Source of the DNA: Folioceros fuciformis
Lineage: Eukaryota
Assembly (NCBI GenBank): GCA_049999805.1
Contig: JBNGIO010005869.1
Location: 1 to 64,000, forward strand
Direction of reading: 5' to 3'
Length of the DNA stretch: 64,000 nucleotides
Part shown: one piece after another, positions 23,472-33,421 of the stretch
Numbering within the stretch: the first letter of the stretch is position 1
Layout of the letters: every line of letters begins with the position of its first letter
Notes under the pieces: generated by a model
The model's input: only the letters and a program-made list of their open reading frames with translations
Database searches by the model: none
What the model was told of the DNA's origin: nothing
Position numbers and translations under genes: made by a program

Positions 23472-23729
23472 TGACAAAATTAATAAAAAGGTGTAAATCA
23501 ATTGCATATAACAATTACATTATATTGTGTATATATCAAGAAGAGTACATTAAAGAATAAACCAACTTAACGTAATCTATTTTGAAACGGCGTGACCTTT
23601 AAAAACTAGAGACGCAATCCTAGTGAAAAGGTAAGTGAATGTTTATAACCTACAACCCACTTCATACTATATATGCTGCTTGATAATAACTAGAACTTAA
23701 GTAATGATAAAACACCCATTCACCCATTA
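23472..23729 (-). repeat. 5' LTR
   Basis: Repeat of 16926-17183, with adjacent PBS and TSD. Confidence 0.95.
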
Positions 23730-24030
23730 GCCTCCAGCCGCCCCTCCAGCCCTTGTGTTCCTGTAGGCTAGCAGGCCTGCAGCCTTAAGCCTGCAGGAAC
23801 ACTCGGGCTGGAAGGGCGCCTCCAGCCCTTGTGTTCTTGTAGGCTCGCAGTTCTGCAGCCTTAAGCCTGCAGAAACACTAGGGCTGGAGGCGTTCCTCCA
23901 GCCCTTCTGTTCGTGTAGGCTCGCAGGCCTGCAACCTTAAGTCTGCAGGAATAGTGTGGCTGAAGGGGGGCCTCGCAGCCTGGAGCCTATAGGAACAGAA
24001 GGGCTGGAGGCGCCCCTCCAGCCCTTGTGC
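23730..24030. repeat. Array of GGGCTGGAGG..CCTCCAGCCC stem-loop units, continuing 16755-16925
   Basis: Palindromic units at ~23806, 23881 and 24001. The same motifs occur left of the LTR element. Confidence 0.8.
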
Positions 24031-24273
24031 TGCTTACGATGACCTGTAGGCAATTGCCAGCGCGTGTGCCTTGAGCCTAAACGGAGGCTGAAGGCGGGGG
24101 TGAGGCACCAACCCTGCAGCCCAAGTCTGCTTATAATTCTTCAAGTAGGTGGAAATAAGGGGGAACCATAAATGGCATTCGGAGTTCACTTGAACCTCCA
24201 TTGTGTGTGAACACCCTATGAACGGTTATGGCACGTAGTGTGAGGCCGTAAATTCGAGCAGTGTAGAGCAGTG

Positions 24274-24999
24274 TATGGCATACCAAAGGGGACACGCCCC
24301 CTCTCTCTAGGTTTTTTTACAAACACACGGGTTATGATCCCCTTTGGCACGTACTCGAGTTTGAGGGCCAAAAACCAAACCGGACAATTGACAAATGCAT
24401 GTGAAAAAACTTGTGTGGAGGCCAATTGAAAGACGTTTCCTCATATCGACAAAAAAAACTTGCCACCACCCTAACCAAATCTCTCGCCGCCCATTCTCTG
24501 CCTTTCCTGCTTGGGGTTTAGGGTTTTGCATGCCTCCTACCTTTGATGCACACGCCTTCCCTCATCCGCCAGGCATATGCGGCTATACGCTCATGCAAGT
24601 TCATGCGCTCAGGCCCCCCCCCTTCTTGCCATCCAGCCCCATGCTATACCAATGCCCTCCACCTCCGTCACTGACAGCCTTGTGAAAAACGGGTCACAAA
24701 GAATATTTTGTGAAGATCCAACCCACTGACAGCCTTGCGAAAAACGGGTCACAAAGAATATTTTGTGAAGATCCAACCCTAGGGAGCAGGAAACCTGTAT
24801 GACAAATTTATAGAGTGTGAACATGAAAACGAAGAGTTGTGGTGCTCTGTATCCCCTTTGGTGCGGAGTCCAGTTTGGTCGGTTTACCAAAACAAAGAGG
24901 AAAAATATAGGCATCAAAAGGGAATATTCGGGTAGGTATCCCATGGGAAAGCATATTAAAAAATGTATAGTGAGAGAGTGTCCCCTTTGGTATGCCATA
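24274..24999. mobile_element. Non-autonomous TIR element A (MITE-like)
   Basis: Perfect 22-bp TIR TATGGCATACCAAAGGGGACAC; flanks GCAGTG / GCTGTG (6 bp, 1 mismatch); internal 55-bp duplication at ~24669-24779. Confidence 0.88.
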
Positions 25000-25446
25000 G
25001 CTGTGAAGTACGACCGACAACATAACTAGCGAGTGAGCTAGGTGCAATGACTAAATAAGAAGTGAGGTAAGGGCTGTCGAGTGCTTTGCAGCTAAAAGAG
25101 CGTGTGAGCATGATGTGATTTGGACAATGATCCGTACACAGTTTTTTTTGCCTGTGTGTGACCATGTCCCCTTTGGTGGTGTCCCCTTTGGTGGGGAGGG
25201 TCCTTTTCGTTCAAGCAGGACAGCGGCCACGTCTGGTATTTGTGGTGCCTATAATGAGGGCAGACAGTATCTGTTCGGTTTGGCATGCCATAGGAGTGTC
25301 CAAGGTATTTTCTAAAGAGCAAGGAGATGCATATAGGCATTCCTTGGGTGACAACCTTGTGAGGCTCGTATGGCATGCCAAAGTATTTCCTAAAGTGCAA
25401 GGAGATGCAGATAGGCATTCCTTGGGTGACAGCCTTATGAAGCCCG

Positions 25447-25860
25447 TATGGCATGCCAAAGCAGACACTCTCTCACTATATATTTTTTAATGCTCTTCCA
25501 TAGGGTATCTACTCGAATATTCCTTATTGATGCCTATTATTTTTTTTTGTGTTCGTTCTGGTAAACCGACCAAACTAGACTCCGCACCGACCAAACTAGA
25601 CTCCGCACCAAAGGGATATGGCTCAACGGTTACAGCCCGTTTTGCACTGGATGTTGGGAGGCCGTAGGGCAGAAAGCCCAAACACCACCCTGTAACCCCT
25701 GGGTGGGTGTAACCCCGTCCTTAGCCAAGGTTTGCTTGCAAAGTGCAAGCATGTCCGGTTTGGTTTTGGCCCTCAAACCCGCGTACGCGCCAAAGCGGAC
25801 GCATACCCCGTGTATTTGTAAAAAAACCTAAGAAGGGGCGTGTCCTTTTGGCATGCCATA
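25447..25860. mobile_element. Non-autonomous TIR element B, same family as A, inverted
   Basis: TATGGCATGCCAAA...TTTGGCATGCCATA ends; flanks AGCCCG / GGCCCG. Both arms are reverse-complement homologs of the arms of element A. Confidence 0.82.
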
Positions 25861-25975
25861 GGCCCGTGCTCAGCAGGTAGAACGTTGGGTTCTCATGTGA
25901 CCAGAGATCCAAGTTAACAAGAGGTCTGGGATGGGAGACTCTCCCCTGCTTTCTAAGATTATCTTGAATGTGGCA

Positions 25976-27408
25976 GACACCTGCCGGGTTAAGACCAGGG
26001 CCTCTGCTTGTACTTCTTGTTCAGCCGAGCTGCAACAACCCTGTCCTCAGGCTTTCTTGCCCGCTCTGTGACCAGCAGTTTTTATAGGACCCCTCAGTTT
26101 AGGGACCGACCCTACGAGGCATCCTACATCCTTACCTCTCCCGACGTGGTGACACTGTGCACAGACGCAAATCAAGCTTTGTACTGCCACCTCTTGCTGG
26201 GACTATTGCAGTCACAGCAGGTGCTACGAGTGGGCTCCATAATGGCTTCCACCATGGTCAGGGTTCTCAGATTTCTTGAAAAAAAGTGGCAGACCGTGTG
26301 TCAGGATATAGCCAGTGGCACTGTCTGGGACCAGATCCAAGAACCTGCACTGAGGCATGCTTGTGAGCAGATGCTTACAGGGCCAAACGCAGACCTGGCG
26401 TCCAGAGTGCGGAGAGAGTGTGAAACCGGGATATGGACTGGCATCGTCCCACGGCTTTGGCCGAACACCAAGGTGCTGGATGTTATCACCACTGGTGTCA
26501 TGGAGGCTTATATTCCCACCCCTAAGGCTTATGCTGGCCATGTGCCGCTCATCCAGCTGTACGCTGCCTCTGAGGGGTAGTTTGGTCTCAAAATGAATCC
26601 TTTAGGTCCTCCTGATGCTGTGTCCTATACGTTGATTCCCACCTTCGCATACCTCGAGTTCCTGCCCATGGATTCGCAGCTCGAAACCCAGCCAGTCCAA
26701 CTTGCAGATGTCAAGGTCGGTCAAGAGTACGAGCTTGTGATCACCAACCATGCTGGTGGGTTCTAAACTCTTATCCACGTACCAGTGTTGCGTTGAGGGT
26801 GGCGCCCCAGGAAGAAATGTTCTCACCCGTTTATTTGCTCCTTCCGACAGGTCTGTATCGATACAGAATGGGAGACGTTCTGAGGTGCACAGGGCACTAC
26901 AACAAGGCTCCCTCCTTCTACATTGTGGGCAGGACGTGGAGGTCTGAGTGTAGACTACGAGAAAACCACCGACAGGGATCTCCAGAATGCCATGCGGAGG
27001 GCGTCCAACCATTTGCAAGAATTAGGGTTGGATATTCGGGAGTACAGTACCTGTGCTGACTTAACGCCAAAGACAGCAGGGCCTGGGCACTACGTCATCT
27101 TCTGGGAGGTGTCAAAGAGTGAGTCCAGGCTACCGTCTGAACTTCTGGACAAATGTTGTTCTGCCATGGAGGAAAGTTTTGACGCCAAATATTGTGAGCT
27201 CCGACATCACAACGTCATTGGGCCTTCGGAGCTGAGAATAGTGAAGGAAAACACATTCGAGGAAGTGGCAAACTTGGCTGTCTCCCAAGGGGTTAACATC
27301 GGTCAGTACAAGCCGCCCCGGTCTTTGAGGCAACAAGCCATGATCGATCAACTCTTATGTTTGTCAGACCCATTTCAGTGCCACGCTACCAGTCTTCACT
27401 GTGGCTAA
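25976..27408 (+). pseudogene. GH3 acyl acid amido synthetase pseudogene, 5'-truncated
   Basis: LYCHLLLGL, RLWPNTKVLDVITTG, YAASEG*FG, YELVITNHAG|LYRYRMGD, PGHYVIFWE, GQYKPPR. Stops at ~25990 and 26578, frameshift at ~26932, one intron ~26756-26850. Confidence 0.92.
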
Positions 27409-28613
27409 GTATCAAAGATCCTGACGTGGTAGCTTTGCGTGCCATCCTTTCAGGCTAATAATAACGTCACATGCCTTCCAGCAGCGTCCCTGCAATAAAT
27501 GTGCCGTACATCCAATCTCTGGTACGAGATATAGGCCCTCTTCAGATGCACATAATTGCATTCTGCAATGTTAGACATGACCACGATGTACTCTATATGT
27601 GAATCCCCTGACTCCGAGCAAGTGAAGGAGTGCCATCCGTGACAACAAAATAGGCCCAAAGGTGGTTCTCAGACCAGTGCTCTCAATTGGGCTCGTAGAC
27701 AAACTGTACCCAACGGTAAGCATTAGCACTTTGTGCTCGATTGTCTCCCGGCGCGAGCCCCTGCTATGTCTGGGGCGCATCAAAGGTTGCAGATAGGTGT
27801 GTCTCTATGCCCTACATACAACGAAGAGAGGAAATCCCATATTGATGTCCACGGTAAACCGGCCACGGTTGTACCCGGTGTAAATGTGTTGGTCAGAGAC
27901 ATTTGTTTGGGGTCCCGGGAAAGGACACAAGCTTTCAGGCATCCATTAAAGCATGGGGCATGTGGCCTTGGCATTTATGCAGACGAGGCCAGTTCAACAT
28001 GCGAATGTACTTCAGCCCTGTTTATGATATTTACATACATACAATGCGCAGGGTACATAGTACGAGTGCATCTCCCAGGATCAGTGTGGTGTACTGCAAG
28101 GGGGCAGTGGGGGTCACAGTCATCAGGTTCAGGTAGCGCATGTTTCGAGTTAGATCGATTCGAAGCCTCATGATAGCCCACCGTCATCGGCAGGAATTCG
28201 GCTTGGCTGCTGCATTTATCACCCCTCTGCCCAAGGAGGTGAGTGCAGGTCACGTTTCACGCTCAGATGCAGGGGTTGCGGGCATGGGATGATGGGAGCT
28301 CTACATCATCCATGCCTCACCGAGAGTGCCTATGTCGGGTAGTAGGTGTAGCTTTGCCAGTCTCACGGATGTGTACGTATGGCAGCTGGGTAAGGCCTGG
28401 ACTGAGAAGGCCTCCGGACACCAAATAAGAGACTAAACATGTTGCATGTGAAAGGCACGAGATGGACAAAGGTGGGGCCTCGTCATCAGCCCCAGCACGT
28501 GACAAATCATGTCCTCTGTCGGACGCTTGTTCTGCGGACATTCACGAAGGGGTGGAATGGACATAGAAGTTCGAATTCGGACAAGCCCGTAAGGATGACA
28601 CAGTGCGTAATAG

Positions 28614-31556
28614 TCAAGAAGATTTTTCCTCCACAAGGGGCTTGATGAGCTCCAGGATCTGAATCACCTCTGCCATGGAAGGTCTGTGGGAGGGGATTTG
28701 GGAGGTGCAGATGAGCCCAAGTTTGATCAGTGGCAGCACCTCGTCCTCGGCGTAGTAGTAGAGATCTGGGTCCACGCACACCAGAGCCCTACCTTCATCA
28801 AGCAGGCCACGGATGTAGTCACACAACACGACCACGTCGTCCTCCATGTATTCCACAGGCCGCCTGCCTGTCACCAGCTCCAGGAGCAGCACTCCGAAGC
28901 CATACACGTCGCATTTCTCGTTGATCCTCAGGCTCTGGCAGGCAAACTCGGGAGCCATATAGCCCAGGGAGCTCTGGAACTTGCTGCTCATGACATAGCT
29001 GTCCAGCATGGGGAGCAGCTTGGCCAGCCCGAAGTCCGACACCCGGGGCTCGTTGTCCTCTCCCAGGAGGATGTTGCTGGACTTGACATCGTAGTGGATG
29101 AGCTGGGGCCGGCAGCCGTGATGGAGATGGGCCAGCCCTAGAGCCGTGCCCATGGCAATCCTGAACCTGCCGGGCCAGTCCAGAACGGGCTCACCGGGGG
29201 CTCTCTCGTGCAGCCTGGTGTAGAGGTTGCCGGACGGGACGTAGTCGTAGATGAGCAGCTGCAGCTGCTTGCTCCAGTAGTATCCTCTGAGAGCCACCAG
29301 GTGTTGGTGCCTGATCTTTCCCAACTGCTGCACCTCCTTCTCGAACTCCTCCTGAGACTTCACCAAGCTGGCGACCACCAGCTTCTTCACAGCCACCGTC
29401 TGGCCGTCCGGTAGGGTCGCCCGGAACACGGTCCCGAATGCCCCACGCCCAATTTCACAGTCCTTATTGATGAGGCCCCGCACAGCAGACATCCAGGCAT
29501 CGGTTTTGCGAGCCTCTCCCTTTCTAGGGAACATCACCAGCTTCCCCATAGTCAGATCCGGGCTCTCAGACTCCGTAGCGCTGTCCACCGTGAGCACATC
29601 CGACCGGTTTCGTGTGTGTGCATGAATGTTGCACAGCGTCACCACCACCACTCCAGCGGCCACCGCCGCTGCTATAGAAATGGCAAACGTAGCAGAGACA
29701 CTGAAAGCTCTAGTCCGCTGGACACGCGCTGGTGCAGCAGCTGGAGACAACAGGGAACACGAAACATTGATAGCCCTGCCACACAGCCTTGTGTTACCGC
29801 TGTAGTCGCAGCTGATGTTGGCAGGTAATTCAGGGATGGGTCCTTCCAGCTGATTGTTGGAGAGGTTGATCGTCTCCAGCTTGGTGAGATTCACAAGCTC
29901 TAAGGGGATATCACCCGACAGCTCGTTGTAAGAAAGGTCCAGGAACTCTAGATTGGTGACATTCCCAATCGCTCCAGGAATTTCCCCGGACAAACTGTTG
30001 ACAGACAAATCCAACCTCTGAAGCGCCGCGCAACCTCCCAGCTCCGTCGGGATGGACCCAGTAAGGACATTGTCACGGAGCGTCAGGACGAGAAGCTTAT
30101 TGCCCTGGAACAAGCTCCCAGGGATGCTCCCATTCAACGAGTTGTTACTCAGGTCCAGGGACTGCAAAGCAGAAATGCTCCCAAACTCGGAAGGAATTGG
30201 AGACGAGAAAAGGTTCCCTGACAAGCTCAAAGTCTGAAGAAGAGCGCAGTTCCCGATCTGGGGTGGCACGCTGCCCGTGAGGAAATTGGCAGACACATCC
30301 AGCACCCGCAGAGACCTGCAGTCCCCCACGGACAAGCTCCTGGACAGCAAATTGTGGGAGAGGTTGAGCACCTGCAGATTTGATGTGACCAAATCGGGCG
30401 GGATAGGCCCAGTGAAACTATTGCTGCTTAAGTCCACCTGCGTCAAGGACAAACTGGCCAGAGAAGTCGGAATGCTCCCCGTGAAGCGGTTCCCTGAAAG
30501 CGACAACGTCTGCAGCGAATGGAGCAGGCCAATCCCGGAAGGAATGGGTCCAGACAGCATGTTCCCGGCCAGGTCCAACGTGGTGAGTCGCGTCAAGCTC
30601 CCTATCCAAAGCGGCAAGTTGCCTTCAAACACATTTCCCCGTAAAGCCAGCAGCTGCAGCAGGGACAGGGTAGTGAGGTCCGGAATGGCCCCCCCCAGCG
30701 AGTTGAAACTCACATCCAGGACCTGTAGGTTGACAAGGTTCCCCAACCCCGCCGGCAGCGCGCCATCCAGATGATTCCCTCCCAACCAGAGCTCCTTCAG
30801 ATTGCGCAACGACCCCACCCCTTCCGGAACAGTCCCATAAAGCTGGTTGCCAGTCAAGTCCGCCACCACCAGCTCCCCCAGCTGCCCAATCTGATCCGTC
30901 AAGTTCCCCGCAATGTTGTTCCCGGAGAAGTTGAAGGCGGAGAGCATCGAGCAGGAGTACAGAGAAGCCGGAATTGTGCCCAACACCTGGTTGTGCGCCA
31001 CGGACAAAAAGCGCAGGTCCAGATTGCTGCTGAACACCCCCGCGGGCAGCTGCCCTGAGAAGGAGTTGTAGGACAAATCCAGGAACTGCAGGCTCCCGTT
31101 CCCGAAGAACGCGGGAATGGGGCCCGACATGTAGTTGTAGCTCACGTTGACGATCTGCAGGGTGGGAATGGCGGCCACCAGGTCTGGAAACTTCCCCGAG
31201 AAGTTGTTGCGCGACAGGGAGAGCGTCCGCAGACCCACAAGGTCGGCGATGTGCGGCCCCAGCGGGCCCGCGAGACCCAGGCCATCGAGGCGCAGCTCCG
31301 ACACCATCCCGGAGCCCGCGTCGCACACCACACCGGTCCACCCGCACGGCGTGTCGTCCATCTGGTTCCAGGAGCTGAGCGCCGAGGAGTCCGTGAGGCC
31401 CGCCCTGAACACCAGCAACGACAGCACTTCGACGTAGGACACATTGTTGCCCGCTGTCACTGCCCCTTCCCCCACGCCCTCCTCCAGCAGCACCACCAGC
31501 GCTAGCACCACCAGCATTGCCCACCCCCTTCCTCCACACATCTCCCGCACCCTCAT
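28614..31556 (-). CDS. LRR receptor-like kinase, IRK/PXC2-like, intronless
   Basis: Signal peptide, LRRNT (PCGWTGVVC), many LRRs, TM, GKLVMF, LINKDCEIGRGAFG, LVKSQEEFEKEV, LPMLDSYVMSSKFQSSLGYMAPEFACQSLRINEKCDVYGFG. Start is at 31556 or 31517 (the ORF extends to 31703). Confidence 0.92.
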   Translation of the reverse strand: MRVREMCGGRGWAMLVVLALVVLLEEGVGEGAVTAGNNVSYVEVLSLLVFRAGLTDSSALSSWNQMDDTPCGWTGVVCDAGSGMVSELRLDGLGLAGPLGPHIADLVGLRTLSLSRNNFSGKFPDLVAAIPTLQIVNVSYNYMSGPIPAFFGNGSLQFLDLSYNSFSGQLPAGVFSSNLDLRFLSVAHNQVLGTIPASLYSCSMLSAFNFSGNNIAGNLTDQIGQLGELVVADLTGNQLYGTVPEGVGSLRNLKELWLGGNHLDGALPAGLGNLVNLQVLDVSFNSLGGAIPDLTTLSLLQLLALRGNVFEGNLPLWIGSLTRLTTLDLAGNMLSGPIPSGIGLLHSLQTLSLSGNRFTGSIPTSLASLSLTQVDLSSNSFTGPIPPDLVTSNLQVLNLSHNLLSRSLSVGDCRSLRVLDVSANFLTGSVPPQIGNCALLQTLSLSGNLFSSPIPSEFGSISALQSLDLSNNSLNGSIPGSLFQGNKLLVLTLRDNVLTGSIPTELGGCAALQRLDLSVNSLSGEIPGAIGNVTNLEFLDLSYNELSGDIPLELVNLTKLETINLSNNQLEGPIPELPANISCDYSGNTRLCGRAINVSCSLLSPAAAPARVQRTRAFSVSATFAISIAAAVAAGVVVVTLCNIHAHTRNRSDVLTVDSATESESPDLTMGKLVMFPRKGEARKTDAWMSAVRGLINKDCEIGRGAFGTVFRATLPDGQTVAVKKLVVASLVKSQEEFEKEVQQLGKIRHQHLVALRGYYWSKQLQLLIYDYVPSGNLYTRLHERAPGEPVLDWPGRFRIAMGTALGLAHLHHGCRPQLIHYDVKSSNILLGEDNEPRVSDFGLAKLLPMLDSYVMSSKFQSSLGYMAPEFACQSLRINEKCDVYGFGVLLLELVTGRRPVEYMEDDVVVLCDYIRGLLDEGRALVCVDPDLYYYAEDEVLPLIKLGLICTSQIPSHRPSMAEVIQILELIKPLVEEKSS

Positions 31557-33421
31557 GGCTGCTTCCCGGGCCTGCCAGCCGCAGCCGCCGCCGCCGCCGC
31601 CGCCGTCTGCTCCACACTGGCTCCACCCTACCCGACGCGGCACGGCTGGCGAGGCGTCCCTGCCCGGGCATTGCAACTGCTGCAGCTGCAGGCCATCTTC
31701 CAAGCCCCCAGATGCATCTCCCCGCTCCCCTCCGGTGGCCCCTGCTCCATCTCCTGCACCAAAAGACGCAATGCGAGACTAATAACGATGGCCAGGCAGC
31801 GGGGGGAGGGCGATGAGGGGAACAGGCTGGGGCAGGTGGAAGGGGGAATCAATCGGACTCCTCAATCGCCCCGGGTCGGGTCGGGTCGGGTATGGCCAGG
31901 CAGGGCAGGGGCAAGGCCAGAGCCAGGGCCCCGCCTGTGTGGCGCGACTTGCCCTGACACGGTACAGTCTGCCGCTCTCTCTGCCTCTCCTCCGCCTCTG
32001 CCTCTGCCGCTGGCGACACCAGGGTGGCACTCTGGCAGTGAATGCGAGACACGGGGCTTGCGAGGCCAGACGAGCGAAGAGCGTACCCGAGGGCCGATTC
32101 TCGAGAGCTGTTGCACGGCCCGGCTGCCTGGGCCTGCCCGGCGACGCTGGAGCGTCGGGACGTCGGCGCCTTCATCGAGATGCCTGCCCGAGCGTTGCTG
32201 TCAGAAGCAGCCCCAGCTTTCAATTTTTGCAGCCAAGCTGGCTCTTTGTCAGTCACCAATAATACTAACTTAAATTCCCAAAACGCAAACCTACCTTTTT
32301 CCAGGTCCACAGCCCTTATCTTATAGCTTCCTACTGGTAGATACATATGTACAGTCTCACGTATGCATGTACGTACTCACTTTATGTATGGACGTCCCTT
32401 AGGGCCCTAGGGCCCTAAGCGGCCTAGCCCCATGGCAACAACTTGCCATTTCTATTACATTGATCAAGCCTACCTTTCAAGGACGATTTACCGCCTCGGA
32501 TGCCAGACTGCTTGTACGGGCAGCCCGAGGTGAAATGCATACAGACCAGCCTACTCATGCTAATACATGTACACTACTAACTTAGTGATGCGGAATCTTA
32601 GAGATTCTGAAATTATTAGTCAATGTGAGTGAGTGATTAATAACATTTTATCTGCCTCGTAGACCATGAAGGAATTGGATCCAGGGATTCCAGGTCCCCA
32701 GGTTACATACATATCAAGGATAATGGTGGGCAGGGAGAAGATGGTGGTTAGCCTAAACTCAGAGAGAATAATAATAGTATGTACTGTACTAGGATGCTTC
32801 TTCCTGACTCCGCTATTTGGTGGGCGCGAGATAGGGACAAACGAATTCGAATGAAGTCAAGTTGCGTCACCTGGTCAAAGAAATTCAGTGAGCTTTCGTC
32901 CTTGGATATCACCTTCCCTACGTAGTCCTCGTGTTTCGGGTCTTTCAACTAAGCGTGTTCTGTGTTAAGACTTTGTTCCAGATTAGTCGGATGTATGACA
33001 GCGAGAAACACGTCTCGGGGCTACGGAACTTGGATCCTGATTACCCAGAATGGGTTTGATGATTATTCCACGATCACCTTGCACGCTTCCCTTGCACGCT
33101 TCACTGGACCCGAAAGGCTGCAGCAGTGGGAACTGGTGCTGTGTGTCAGGTTTCGTAGTTTGTGATAATGAAGACGTGCGCACATAATACCACCGACTCA
33201 AGCTTCTGTTGAGCTGTCGTCCTCTGTTTTATACGACGTGACTAGTCACTGCTCGGACACTCATCGCCGCCTGCGCGGATCCCCGAAACGTCGAACACAA
33301 GCTGCGTCCGGCAGAACTCTTGCTCAGCACGGAGGGGCCAACATCATTTTTACGTACCAGCTTTACCTGCAAGGGTGGTCCCGTCTGGATACAGAGGGTG
33401 TGTTGTACTGTATGTAGCTCT

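Larger units (their letters stand above)
16926..23729 (-). mobile_element. Full-length Ty1/Copia LTR retrotransposon (6.8 kb)
   Basis: Two 258-bp LTRs, 5-bp TSD GCCTC (16921-16925 and 23730-23734), tRNA-iMet-type PBS, and gag-PR-INT-RT-RH domain order. Confidence 0.97.

Noticed and set aside
30625-32346. Several overlapping long ORFs around the IRK-like 5' end
   Set aside because: GC-rich, stop-poor sequence and microsatellites; no protein motifs.
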